Of a DNA stretch of 64,000 bases, positions 1 to 13,194 are shown one piece after another; positions within the stretch are counted from its first letter, which is position 1; every line of letters begins with the position of its first letter. The stretch comes from Amoebidium appalachense (taxonomy: Eukaryota > Protista > Ichthyosporea). Where the stretch lies: positions 3,295,106 through 3,359,105 of the forward strand of contig CAVNZM010000003.1 in assembly GCA_963693365.1 (NCBI GenBank). Direction: 5' to 3'. The position numbers and the translations under genes are program-made. The notes under the pieces were generated by a model. The model was given only the letters and a program-made list of their open reading frames with translations. It was not told where the DNA came from and made no database searches.

Positions 1-302
1 AAGCATGCAAAAGTTTCTTTCCATTAGCGATAGATCATGCATGTAACTTAAACTCAGCAGAGGACTGTAAGCCGGATAGACCGGACCTTATATCAGCTTT
101 ATGGTTGTTCAGCTCATAATTAGTTTTCATACTGCATAAAAACTTTGATTGTGGAATACTTCACAACCAGCACTATTGCTTGAGCGTTTTTTCTTTGGAG
201 GAAGAGGCGTAAAGGCTTCCACAATCGAGAGAAAAGGTGTGTTATAGCAATCACCTCTCAAAACCTAAATCGATCTATGCTATTGGGCGCGAGCGCATCA
301 CC
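1..302. repeat. Dispersed repeat, inverted diverged copy of 49497-49796 (runs off window start)
   Basis: The reverse complement of 1-302 aligns by eye with 49497-49796 (shared GGTGATGCGCTCGCG, GAGGTGATTGCT, TTCTCTCGATTGTGG, TAAGGTCCGGTCTAT). Confidence 0.8.
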
Positions 303-344
303 TAAATTTTCCTGATTTCCATATTAGGACCCCTTTATCAAGCT

Positions 345-489
345 GACAGGCGGGCCGGCGCCCGGGTGTGGCACCTGTCAGCACTGTCATCCGAGAACGT
401 TTTGCCCTCCTCTGCTCACGCTTTATCCTTCTGGTATGAGCGGTAGTCGGCGTTGATTGGTCCATCACTCCCGCCACCTGATCTCCCAA
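345..489. repeat. ~150-bp dispersed repeat, direct copy at 15654-15813
   Basis: Both loci share GGCCGGCGCCCGGG..GGCACCTGTCA..GAGAACGTTTTGCCCTCCTCTGCTCACG..GCGTTGATTGGTCCATCACTCCCGCC. Confidence 0.85.
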
Positions 490-1132
490 TACTGAAAACT
501 TGTGGCGATCATCTCAGCAATTTGCGTGACACGTGTGCTACTCCATACTACACTGTGTAATGATACACAATGTGCAATGGTACGCACAGCTTATAAAGCT
601 TAATATATATATTACTTAATAAAGGCCACCATCAAGTTGGATCATGTTAAAGTGTATAGATCTATTTGCATGGGGTGCAGCATGTGATCATGGAATGTGA
701 TCAAGCCTTTCATTATTATGATTGGGGTTTTTAACGCAATTTGGGGAATAAATTAGCTTATAGCCATGGAAAGCTTGTAGTCACACGTGCTTTGTTTTCC
801 AAGCTAGTGGATTTAGCTATGCAAGTTGGGCTGAATATCACTAAAGACTTAGAATACAGGTAAATAATATTTTTTTTTAATATGCTGTACGTTCTAGTAT
901 TATGTCTGAAACATCAGTCATCAGATGATCATGATCATGATCCAGTCAGGACTCAACTGTTGAAGCCACAAAAGTTGAGGGGGATTTGGTCCGTAACGTG
1001 ACCTCTGCCGGCGCTGGCGCCATCGGATCATCCACGCAAAAAAAAAAATGATCATCTGAGGCAGTACCAGGGTGTGAAATTTGCTGTGATACTCTCACCC
1101 CCAGCTCTCTCCCATGATCCGATCAAACTTCA

Positions 1133-1170
<38 letters not shown>

Positions 1171-1833
1171 ATACACACCCCTACCCACCTACCCACCGTG
1201 GCCCCCCCGACACACACCCTCTCCCCCTTCATTTCAACAGGGAATCAGTCCGACTGCGACGCTCATCGGACTAAATAATGGGCTAGGAGTGACCGGCTCC
1301 GACCGTCACATCACGTCGACCGTCGCGAGCTCGAGTGACTGTCCAACTTACTAAAAGGGATAAATTTCAGGCTAAATTTGCAAATTGAAATATGAGGAGG
1401 GGAGCTCTAAATATCGACGTCCCCCCTGGTGACACCCTCCTCCCCCCTACGTGGAGGGGGGGTACCCACCAAACCCCCGGTGGGTGGGCCCCGAAGTTCC
1501 GTCCCGAAGTTCCCCCCCCCCCCCCCCCCCCCCCCGCGGCCCCCGAGGCTCCATATGCCCCCCCCCCCCTCCCCCCCCAGGTAGCTGCAGGGACGGAACA
1601 GTTACGGGTGGTCCGGAAGGGCCCGAGGGACCCGCCTGGGCGAGTACCGGGGTGGTGGGTTCTCTCCCTCCCTCCCTCCCTCGCCCTCCGGCCCCTCCCT
1701 CCTCCCCCCCCCCCCCCCCCCCCCCCCGCCACCTCCCCTCCCGGCCTTTCCCCCCCCGCACTGTGCGTGATCATGGCCAGAGTCTCTATTTCACTCACCA
1801 AAGGTTGTCGGTATTCGTTGCTTTTTAATTTTT

Positions 1834-1864
<31 letters not shown>

Positions 1865-1922
1865 GGGTTGGCCGGCGCGACTGATGCATATCCCCCCCTC
1901 CCCTCCCCCCTCCCCCCCCCCC

Positions 1923-2135
<213 letters not shown>

Positions 2136-2383
2136 TTACACACACAAACACACACACACGCAACCACACGCGTGCGCGCACACACTTCCCACACCTTCGT
2201 GCTGGTGCTCTTCTTCTGCCGGATGCATAGGCTTTGTGTGTTCAGGATTGCATGGTCTGCTTTCAATTTGTGTTTTCCGCGGCAAATGTGTGATATGCTC
2301 CATAAATTTTTCTAACAAACCCCCCCCCCCCCCCCCCCCCCCCGCCGCCCCTCTCCGGGCAAATCCTCTCCCGGAGACCCCTC

Positions 2384-2428
<45 letters not shown>

Positions 2429-2525
2429 CCGCCCTCTGTCACCCTGCTCAGTTTACACAAGTAATGATATCATGATATAATGTGACGTCCACACGTATGA
2501 TACACGCATGTGCGCGCACACACAC

Positions 2526-2596
<71 letters not shown>

Positions 2597-3047
2597 CGGC
2601 CAACTATTTCTAAATTTGAGTTATTGGGGGGGCAAGGTTATCGTGCTGACCGTGCAGTGTTCATGCCACAGTGTATCTGTGTGGCAGGGTGGCAGGGAAT
2701 GTGTGTGTGTGTGCTGTGGGTTTGTGTATCCGCATTCCGAGTTTTTTCTTTTTTTTTTCACGTTTTGTTCTCGGAGGACCCTTGCAGGCCCTTGAGGGAA
2801 CTACCGTGCACCACACAGCACCGACAGTACACTAGTTAGGTTGCTATCTATATATATGTGCTCAGCTAAGCTAAACTTTCATCATTCACAAACTTAACAT
2901 TAGCTTTGCCCAGGGTTACTGCCCCAGCCACGCCGGTGGGGAGCACCAGTCCTCCCCTCCCATCAAATCTTTAGAATAAACCTTAATCACGGGCTCTCAT
3001 TGGTTGATCTACGGTAGCGAAATGTCCGGTGGGTTGTGTGTGCTGCT

Positions 3048-3620
3048 TGTTGGAATATACCGTGAACACCAATATCACTATTATTATTACTAAGTATATT
3101 CTACTAGTGCTAGTTCGTTGTCTATCTGCTTATTTAGCGAATGTGATTATACGCTCCGCCATCCGATCTTGTGGTGAGCAGTTACGTAATAGCTGGATGG
3201 CTCACTGCCGTTTAATTGGCTCGGAGCGCACCGCCTGCAGTCCCGTCTGGATGGGACTAGGGCTCGGTTAGCTGTGTGCTCTACCCGATGTATTTTCCCG
3301 AGAGCACAATTGGTTGTGCTCGAGAGCACAACCGTGTTTTGCTCCCCGCGGAGTATATAAACCCCGCCACAAATCCATAATCAACCGGGAGTTATATTGA
3401 TGACTGACTGTTACACAGACTCTCCAGCACCGTGTGAACACTTGTGTGATACTTGGTTGATAGTGCATGCATGCAGCCCCAATAAGTACACACTTAGTAG
3501 GTAGTATATATTGCACCCATATAGAGACTGATCACCTCCGTGTGTGTGTGTGCAACGACTATACACTCTACTTGTGTTGAGTGCAGACTCTGCTACGTGT
3601 GGGAAGGTAGTTTTCTCTCA
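3048..3620 (+). repeat. 5' LTR (573 bp)
   Basis: TG...CA termini; direct repeat of 9278-9830 with scattered substitutions and indels; TATATAA at about 3354. Confidence 0.95.
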
Positions 3621-3631
3621 GGTTTTGTGCC
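3621..3631 (+). promoter_or_regulatory. Putative primer-binding site GGTTTTGTGCC
   Basis: Directly after the 5' LTR; resembles the GGTTATG(G/A)GCC half-tRNAiMet PBS of Drosophila copia and Ty5, with mismatches. Confidence 0.45.
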
Positions 3632-3649
3632 TTCGCAACGCTTCCACTG

Positions 3650-4749
3650 CTTCGAAAATGGCATCAAGGTCGAATGTAGGCCTAGACTGACCGGTAGCAT
3701 TGACTGGGTGGCGTTTAGGCCGTTGTGGCTAGCTTACGCTGAGTGCAAGGGGTTTGCCGACTGTTACTTGGCACCCCCTTCCACCCAGGCGCGCAGGAAG
3801 CGTCGTTCATCCCCTGCGCCAGCTGGCAACGTGTCTGCCAGTCCCGAGGCTGTTGTGGAGGCCACGCCCCTGCGCGGCGGCCAGCAACAGCATGTTGACC
3901 GTGATTCCGGCATCCCTGATGACGGCCTTAGTGTCAACACCGACCCCTCCCGTGTTGAGGAGAATACCCGTGCGGCGCCCCGCCCCGCCCTGCGCCAGCC
4001 CCAGTACAGCTCGGACTCGGCCGATGATGGCAGCGATGGTGAGCGTGCCAGCATGAGTGCGTCGCGCGCCCGGCGCCTCGAAGGCAAAGCCAAGTACGAA
4101 CTGATGGCTGCTGCTGATGACACCCTCCGCCCCCAGATTCAGTACTGTGCGTCTGCCTGTGCCATGTGGACCGCGCTCAAGACCACCTACAGTGTGCTGA
4201 CCCCTGATGCTCGTGCTATGATGCACAACGCTAGGTGGGCGCAGCTGGCTGCCGAACCCAAGGACACCATTGCAGCGATCTTTGCCAAGGTGTTCAACCT
4301 GCAGCATCAGCTGACGGCAGCCGGCATCCCCGAGTCGGAGGAGCAAGTGCGGCTGAAGATTTTGGACATGATCCCTAACCGTCTGCGCACTGCCAAGGAG
4401 GTGCTGAGCACGGAGCGTGTGCCCCGGTCACTCGATGAGATGAAGCACATGCTGCTGACCCAGGAGATCAATCTGCAACGGCAAGGTGTGCAGCCCAGCC
4501 TGAGGCAGCCGCCTCCGCGCCGTGACCCGCCTACCGCCGCGTTGGCTGCTGCTGCCACCTGTCACACCACCACTCCGGCCAAGGATGATCCAAGCAAGCG
4601 TGGCGGTCGCGGCGGCCGTGGCGGCAAAGGCGGCAAAGGCGGCCGGCGTGGCGCAGGCAACCCTGGTGCTGCTCTGGACCGTGCCTACTGCATGAAGAAC
4701 GGTCTCTGCTTCAAGTGCAAGAAGCCTGGCCACCAGCAGACCGAGTGCC
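3650..4749 (+). pseudogene. gag: Copia Gag with CCHC zinc knuckle (start codon not clear; interrupted at 4750)
   Basis: RLTGSIDWVAFRPLWLAYAECKG N-terminal Gag-like motif, ASACAMWTALKTTY, zinc knuckle CFKCKKPGHQQTEC. Confidence 0.9.
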
Positions 4750-5055
4750 TGTAACTTAGAGGTTTCTCTGTTAGACTTTATTATATGCTGACTTACATTG
4801 ACTGGCCCGCCGGGACCATTATATACTTGTGGTCTGGCTCACTGGAATGTTACATACTATTCCCGATTGGTCTACCCGCCGCTATGGATCTAGTCGCTAC
4901 TAATCAAAACACTCCAATAGAATCTTCTAGACTCCTCTAGATCTATCCTGATCTATCGTGAACCTATCCACCAGTTTATCCCGAATATCTCGAATATTCC
5001 CGATCACTAGTGCTACGCTAACGCAGGGTATACCGGATGGCTATCCTGTTCGACA
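4750..5055. mobile_element. 306-bp solo LTR of an unrelated element nested in the copia ORF
   Basis: AT-rich block TGTAAC...CGACA with 4-bp TSD TGCC (4746-4749 and 5056-5059); removing it restores the Gag frame ...QTEC-PTMLETMRANL. Confidence 0.8.
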
Positions 5056-8000
5056 TGCCCGACCATGCTGGAGACAATGCGTGCGAACCTGGCAGCTGCG
5101 GAGGCCCTCGCTGGCGACATTGGTGACGCTTTTGGCATGGTGGCTTCGGCCTACATGTGCACATGTGGGCGGCGGCCCGCCTGCCGTTGGGCTGGACGAC
5201 AAGTGGACCTGGGATGGCACAGCCTCCCACCACATGAAGTGCCACAAAGATGACTTCACCACCCTTGTGCCCCTCAACCCTGCAGGCACCGTGAAAGTAG
5301 GTGGTGGCACCGTGCCTGCGGAGGGCCGTGGCACTGTGCAGGTGACTGCATGGCACAGGGGTGTGGCTGCGCGCATCACGCTGGATGCCCTGTACGTGCC
5401 TGCACTGGGTGCGCGCCTGTTTTCGGCACCCACTGCTGCACAGGCTAGGTGCAGCTCGTTGGTGGCAGCTGACCGTGTCACCGTCTTCAAGACTGACGGC
5501 CGTGTCTACTTTGAGTGTGCCCGCGACCCTGCGGCCAACCTCTACATGTGCCCCTTCACAGCACCTGGCAAGGAGCTGCCCATAGATGCCCAGGCCCTGA
5601 TGGCCACACTGGAGGGTGCTACCCCGTGTGTGCTGGCCGAGGGCACCACCATGGTGTGCAAGATCATCACCCCATCACCTGGCTTTGAGGTGGGTACAGC
5701 TGCACCGGCGCCTGCACCCTCCGCCCCTGCCCCTGGTGTTTGGACCCCCCACCCACCCTGCCAAGGACCCCCCCTGTTGACGAATTTGCCGACTTACCGG
5801 ATCTGGGAGTCTCTGATGACGAATTTTCCGAGGGTGAGGAGGAGGCATCCGATGGGGAGGAGGTTTGGGCCCGGGTGTAGGAGGAGTGCAGGCCCCTGGC
5901 TGCTGTGCGCGCACCGGTGACAACACCACTGCGTGGCCCAGTGGCACCTGCTGCAGCAGGCACCGTGCCTGCACCAGCACCTGCCCCAGCCACCGATGCC
6001 TGCACCGTGCCCGAGGCTGCCCCTACCCCCAGTGCTACCCCTGCTGACCCCACCACGGAGCCAGCAGTGCAGCACCCGTGGAGCCCCTTCAAGAATGCGG
6101 CCAAGGCCAGCTACGAGACCTGGCACCAGCGCTATGGCCACATCGGCAAGACTGGCCTGCTGCAGCTGGCGCGCAGCGGCATGGTTAAGGGTCTGGAGCT
6201 CACCACCAGCCCCTCTGCCACCCCTGCCGTGTGTGGTGGGTGTGCCATCGGGAAGGCCAAGCAGCACCCCTTCCCTACCCAAGGCCGCCAGCGTGCAGAC
6301 ACAGTGCTTGGCATTGTGCACGTGCCACTGGATGTGGGTGGCCCCTACCAGCGGTCTGTGGACGGCTCCTACTTCGTGCTTGTGGCTGTGGATGACAAGA
6401 CCGGCATGATGTTTGTGTGGGTCCTGAAGGCACGCAGTGACGTGCCTGCCACCCTGGCTGCCTGGGGTTCTCGAAAATCCAATTCTTGATCACCACCAAG
6501 ATGGAGGGGCAGCACGGCCACAAGGTGCGCATCTACCGCACGGACGGCGCCGGCGAGTTCAAGTCGCGGGCCTTCCAACGTTTCTGCATCAGCAAGGGCA
6601 TTGTGCATCAGATGGTGGTGGCCTATGAGCATGGCCAAAACGGTGTGGCTGCCGCGCTACATCTACACGGTGGTGGACAAGGCCCGGGCCATGATGGCAT
6701 CTGTGCCGGGCTTCCCCCAAAACCGCTGGCCCGAGACCGTCCGCACGGCGGTGCTGCTGATCAACATGACAAGGCCGTGTCTGGCAAGGCCGTGTCTGGC
6801 ATGACACCCTGGCAGGCATTCTATAACCAGGTGCCTGATGTGTCCTACCTCCGTGCCTATGGCTGCCTGGCCTAACCCACCATCGCCAAGGAGCAGCGCG
6901 GCAACAAGCTGGCACCACGCGCCCAGTGGGGCATTCTGATTGGCTACGGGGAGGAGACCAAGGGCTACCGCATCCTGCTGGTCAACCCCAACGGCAGTTT
7001 CGGTTCAGTGGTCGTGAGGAGGAGTGTGCAGTTCAACGAGGGTGCCACCCTGGTGAAGGGCACGCCCACTGCCCTCAACCCGAGCATGGCCACCAGCCGG
7101 GCTGCACCTGGCCAGACCAGCACAGATGACCCATTTGTGCAGGAGGAGCACACAAGCACGGGTGAGGAGGCAGGCAGGGTCACCGACCCTGCCAGCACTG
7201 TGGCCACCACGGCCACAGACACCAGGAACGACTGCTGGGACAGCAGCGACAGCGAGAGCGAAAATGAGGTGCCAGCACAAGTGGGTGCTGGCATACTCAA
7301 GCGCGTGCGTGTGGATTCGCCGCCCGCCAAATCTGCGCAGCTAGTGGCCAAGTGGGTGCATTTCACCGACAGCAACGTGCCCAGCCACCACCTGCCTAGG
7401 GTGACACGGAGTGGACACGTGTTCAGCACCCAGCAGTACCTGGGCAACGGCAAGGGCACCGTGATTGAGGCCAAGCCTTAGGCGCTGGTCATGACTGCAG
7501 CTGCATCTGCGCTGGTGCACGGCAAGCAGCCCCTGCAGCCTGCACTGCTGGTGTCGGAGGTGCCCATCCCCAACTCCTACAAGGAGGCCGTGGTCTCGAC
7601 CATGCCACCATGTGGAAGCAGGCATGTGATGCAGAGATGGAGAAGCGGCGCCACGGAACTTATTCGCTGGTGCCGCTGCCCGAGGGCCGCCGTCCAATCA
7701 AAAATCGCTGGGTGTATGACGTCAAGCACAACGACGACAATGAGGTGACCAAGTTCCGGGCCAGACTGGTGGCCAAGGGGTTCAGCCAACGTCCTGGTGT
7801 GGACTTCACCGACACCTTTGCCCCCACAGCCAGCCCGACCACCACCAGGTATTTGATCGCCACTGCCGCAGCCCAGGGCCGGCACCTTAGCCAGTATGAT
7901 GTAGACAGTGCATTCCTCAATGCTGAGCTCAGCGAGGAAATCTACATGGCTCAGCCCGAGGGGTATGTGGTGCCCGGCCAGGAGCACCATGTCTGCAGGC

Positions 8001-9139
8001 TGCACAAGGCCATCTACGGGCTGCGCCAGGCTGCACGTGCGTGGGGCGACACCTTCACAGCCGGCCTGGCCCAGCTGGGCTTCAAGCAGGCTGCAGCAGA
8101 CCCCTGCCTGTATCTGCGCGGCAAGGGCAAGCACCTGGAGCTGCTGGTGATCCACATCGACGACATGGTGGCCAGCACAACCAGCATGCAGGCAGCCACG
8201 AGACTGGCCAAGCAGCTGGGTACCATCTTTTCCATCAAGGAGATGCCTCTGGCCGACTGCTTCCTAGGGGTGCAGATTGTGATCTGCAGGGAGCTCGGCA
8301 CCATCAAGATCCACCAGGCTGCCTACACTGCACGTGTGTTGAAGAAGTACAGCTGCCGCATGGCTGACAGCAGGGCTGTGGACACACCCATGACCCTCGA
8401 CAAACTGAGCAAGGCCCAGACGTGCCCTGCCACCCCCGAGGAGATCAGCGCCATGGCTCCATATGTGGAGCTGTACCAGGGCATCGTGGGCAGCGTGATG
8501 TACCTGGCCAGCTGGACCCGGCCAGATATTGCTCAGGCCGTAGGGGTGCTTGCCAGGTGTAACCAGAACCCCGGCCAGGCCCACCTGACTGCTGCAAAGC
8601 GCGTGTTGCGCTACCTCAAGGGGACTGCCAGCCACGGCATCACCTACCAGCGCGTCAGGATGCCGGGCCATGTGATGGCTATGTGGATGCTGATTGGGCA
8701 GGCAACCCAGACAACCGCCGGTCCACCTCCGGCTTCGTGTTTCTGGCCAGCAACGGGGCCATCAGCTGGTGCTCCAAGGTGCAGACCGTGGTGGCAGACA
8801 GCACCGCGGAGGCCGAGTATGTGAGTGCGGCCCGTGCCTTAAGGAGGCCCTGTGGTTTCGCAAACTGCAGCGCGACTTTGGCTTCAGCACCGCTGAGGCC
8901 ATGGTGCTGTACGAGGACAACATGGCATGTATCCACATTGCCAAGGACCCCGTGGACTTCTCCCGCACCAAGCACATGGACATCAAGTGGCACAGCTGGT
9001 GCGCCGCCACGTCAAGCCGGCCGACATTGTGCTGGTCTACGTGCCGACCAATCAGCAGGCGGCTGATGCGCTGACCAAGGCCCTGCCCCGTGCTGCCCTC
9101 GAGAGCTGCAAGAAGACTATGGGCATGGACAGCAAGTGA
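5056..9139 (+). pseudogene. pol: Copia Pol (protease, integrase, RT, RNase H) with frameshifts and stops
   Basis: PR WTWDGTASHHM; pre-IN WHQRYGH...CGGCAIGK; IN VAVDDKTG, RTDGAGEF, QNGVA; RT RARLVAKGFSQRPGVDF, DVDSAFLN, HIDDM; RNase H DADWAGNPDNRRSTSG, ADALTK; spread over several frames. Confidence 0.95.
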
Positions 9140-9269
9140 TCATCGTGTGATGTGGAGGCAGGAGTGTGCTAATTTATTACTGCAGGCAGCCGGTGCCTGG
9201 GTTGAGGGGTGCGACCAGCAACGCTGCGATATGATTGGCTGATTTGTAGATTAGGTGCTATTGTGTTGT

Positions 9270-9277
9270 AAGGGGTG
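9270..9277 (+). promoter_or_regulatory. Polypurine tract AAGGGGTG
   Basis: Purine-rich run immediately 5' of the 3' LTR. Confidence 0.6.
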
Positions 9278-9830
9278 TGTTGGAATATACAACACCAATA
9301 TCACTATTATTATTACTAAGTATATTCTACTAGTGCTAGTTCGTTGTCTATCTGCTTATTTAGCGAGTGTGATTATGCGCTCCGCCATCCGATCTTGTGG
9401 TGAGCAGTTACGTAATAGCTGGATGGCTCACTGACGTTTGATTGGCTCGGAGCGCACCACCTGCAGTCCCGTCTGGATGGGACTAGGGCTCGGTTAGCTG
9501 TGTGCTCTACCCGATGTATTTTCCCGAGAGCACAATTGAGCACAACCGTGTTGTGCTCCCCCGCGGAGTATATAAACTCCGCCACAAATCCATAATAAAC
9601 CGGGAGTTATATTGATGACTGACTGTTACACAGACTCTCCAGCACCGTGTGAACACTGGTGGGATACTTGGTTGATAGTGCATGCAGCCCGATTAAGTAC
9701 ACACTTAGTAGGTAGTATATTGCACCCATATAGAGACTGATCACCTCCGTGTGTGTGTGCAACGACTATACTACACTCTACTTGTGTTAAGTGCAGACTC
9801 TGCTTTGTATGGGAAGGTAGTTTTCTCTCA
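9278..9830 (+). repeat. 3' LTR (553 bp)
   Basis: Direct repeat of 3048-3620, followed by TSD CTGCT. Confidence 0.95.
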
Positions 9831-10275
9831 CTGCTTACGGGGGGTAGGGGTGTATGATGGGGTAGAGGTTTGTGTATCTGCATGTTCATGTGTATGTCGG
9901 GTGCTCATCGTTGGTCAAAGTTTGTGCACCTCAGTCGTATGCGTGTGTGGTACATGTGTGTGTGGTACATGCGTGTGCATTTAATATGTGAAAGTGTGTG
10001 TATGTGTGTGCGCGCGGTGGGGTGACTGGAGACGAATGCGAGAGGGGGGAGGGGGGGAGGGGGGACATGTACAAGGACCCCGAGGGGGGGGGAGGGGGTT
10101 AAGTGCCGCATACATATAGGATGAGTTTCAGGCCGGCGATCAAGGACTCCTGTTAGCCTCAAACGGTTAACGATTTGGCAATTTATGTGATTTAAACCGC
10201 TGCTAAATAAAAGTACTATTATATGATCAGGTTATCAGATAATATAGTCACATGATGGCAGCGTATATCAGACGT

Positions 10276-10323
<48 letters not shown>

Positions 10324-10828
10324 CCACCTAGTTCCCAGGTGTTGGGTCCTCCCCCCCCCCCCCCCCTCCTCCTCTGCGGACAGAGTCTCCCCACCTGCCC
10401 AACTTGGGGTGGGTTGGCCCCACCCTCTCCTAAAGTTACTACTACCCGCCTCCCCGTTTCAAACTCACGAATCCCTTTTTCAGTATTCAGTGAGTTTTTG
10501 TTTTCGGTTTGGGTCGGTACATTTAGGATGATAAGTCACTGAGCAGGCGTTGAATTGGTGTTAAATTTAACTTTCTGGTCACCCACCCAAGTTATTCACA
10601 ACCATACACGCACACACACACACGTCTCACACACGGTTTGGCAAAACACACGCACACACACACACCCACAGATTGACACACACACGCGCGCGCGCACTTA
10701 CACACCGACTCTCAAACACACACTATGCCAACTGACGTTACATGTACACACACACACACACATCCGCGCACACACAAACACACGTAGTACACGCCCATGC
10801 ACACACACACCGTGGCACACCCATGCGG

Positions 10829-10862
<34 letters not shown>

Positions 10863-11331
10863 ACACACACATACACAGACACACAGACACACACACACAC
10901 ACAGCAAGGACACACACGCACACACAGCAAGGACACACACACACACATCCTACACACACACGCGGAACATCCTACACATCCTGCACACGCATCCTACACA
11001 TCCTACACACACGCGCGGAACGACCTCTGCTTGACGTTTTCCCGCGTGAGTCCGCCGGCCGCGTTTAATTGGGTGGACGAGCCGGAGGTTCTCGCGCTGG
11101 GGGTCAAAGTTGTTGATTTGGTGGGTGCGGAGACGCGGTAGCCCAAATTAGGCATTGAATTCGCGTTTCAGTCGGAGGGGGTCTTTGGTCGCCGTGGGGG
11201 GGTCTGGTTTGGTTTGCGGTTCGTCGTCCTCCCAGTTGCACGGGTACGTAAGCATGACGCAGCAGCTGTCTTTGGTGTTGGGACCGTGGGCATTGAGCTC
11301 CTGGCCCTGTGTGTGTGTGTGTGTGTGTGTG

Positions 11332-11373
<42 letters not shown>

Positions 11374-11382
11374 GGTGTGTAT

Positions 11383-11413
<31 letters not shown>

Positions 11414-11675
11414 GGGGAGTGTGTGTGTGTGTGGGGGGGGGGGGAGGTGGGGGGGAGGGGGGAGGGGGCAGGTTGGAGGTGTAAGGGGGAGGGGAAGGGG
11501 AATTAGAATGTGGTACAGAGCACGAAGCACACCTTCACAACAGGCGGAGGAAGAGGGGGGAAGGGGGAGAGGGGGAGAGGGGGAGGGGGTGGGGAAAGGT
11601 GGGGGGGAGGCGGGGAGGTGTGTGTGTGGGGAGGGAGAAGGCGGGATGGGGTGCCGGGGGGGGGGGGGGGGGGGG

Positions 11676-11750
<75 letters not shown>

Positions 11751-12583
11751 TGCATATTATTAAATGTGCGAGTGCATGTTTCAAGGAAGGAAGGTGTATG
11801 TGTGTATGTGCGTGTGTGCGTGTGTGTGTGTGTGTATTGCTTGGGGGGAGGGGCGAGGAGGGGAGGTCAGTAGATTGCGGAAAGCGGTAAAAAAAGGGGG
11901 GGGGGGGGGGGAGAAGGGGAGGGAAGGTGGGAGTGTGTGTGCATGTTTGCGACGAAAAGAGGTGTGTACGTATGTGTGTATATAAGTGCACGTACTTGAG
12001 GGTGTGTGTATGTGTACGCCTGTGTGTGTGCCCATGTTTGGGCAAATTGTGCCAGTGAGTGGGTGAGTTGAGTAAGTGAATGAGAGGGTGAGTGACCGCG
12101 TGCGCGTGCGCGCGCGCATGTGTGCGTGTGTGCGCGCGGGTGTGCATATGTGTCCATGCATATGTGTACACGTGTGCATGTGTACTTAGGGATGAGGGGT
12201 GTGTGAGAGGGGGCAGGGGTGGTGTGCGCGCAGGCGTATTCGTGTGCACACTCGAGTTTACGTGTGTTTGTGTGGCTAGACGGATCCGTGTGAGTGCTGT
12301 TTCATTCATGCGGCAATCTATTTGCATGTGTGTGCTCATGCGTGAAGGGGTTTGGTACTGAGGCGTATGTACAGACACGTGCACCGCCTTGGATATGTAT
12401 ACCAGCTCGTGTGGGAAGGTAGGAAGGACTAGGGGGGAGGGGGGGTGGTTAATAGAGAACGATGTACACATTCATAACGAACAACACAATGCAGAGTGCG
12501 AAGCACACATTAAAAGTATGTGGTGGTGGTGGTGGTGGTGGTGGTGGTGGTGTGTGTGTGTGTGTGTGGAGGAGGGGGGGGGG

Positions 12584-12964
12584 TTTGAATGCGGAACACG
12601 GTACGAAGTACGCATACACGAAGGACACATGCAAAGGCAAACATTCAAGTATCATGATGCAACATCAGCCATGCGCACAGTATGCGTCATAAGCAGAGCC
12701 CATCCTCAGGGAGGGCCCAAGTCATCAATTGCGTCTGAGTTTCGACCCCTTAGCCCGCGTATATACGACTCTCCAACTCAGACAGCAGCATCAACTGAAC
12801 TTGGGTGGGTCAACCCGTCTTGATCAAAGACGAGCAGGGTTGCTTATGCAAGCAAGGTGAGCAAAACGGTGAATATGTGTGTGGAAACTAATGCAGTGCA
12901 GCGGAAAATGCATATGTGCTTACAGACGCACGACACAGAGCAACCATGCCCGGTTGCATGGAAG
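12584..12964. repeat. G-run-anchored dispersed repeat (~380 bp), near-identical to 54314-54705
   Basis: TTTGAATGCGGAACAC...GAGCCCATCCTCAGGGAGGGCCC...CCCGTCTTGATCAAAGACGAGCAGGGTTGCTTATGCAA...GGTTGCATGGAAG at both loci. Confidence 0.9.
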
Positions 12965-13110
12965 TAAAGCAGTCTCCACACAGTGGTCTGTCCTGAAAAA
13001 CGGGGGGGGGGGGGGGGGGGGGGGGGATCAAGGTGGGAAAGAGATAAACACCGTTTGCAAATAGATAAGCTCAGGCACGAGCACATACACCAAACACACC
13101 AACCACGCAC

Positions 13111-13145
<35 letters not shown>

Positions 13146-13194
13146 CATGCACACACACACACCCACCCGCACACACACACACACACACACCACC

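Larger units (their letters stand above)
3048..9830 (+). mobile_element. Ty1/copia LTR retrotransposon, full length, degenerate
   Basis: Two LTRs TGTTGGAATATAC...TTTTCTCTCA, 5-bp TSD CTGCT (3043-3047 and 9831-9835), domain order Gag-PR-IN-RT-RNaseH. Confidence 0.97.

Noticed and set aside
12584-12964. Hammerhead or HDV-like ribozyme in the repeat
   Set aside because: No CUGANGA/GAAA core with the required stems was found on either strand by eye.
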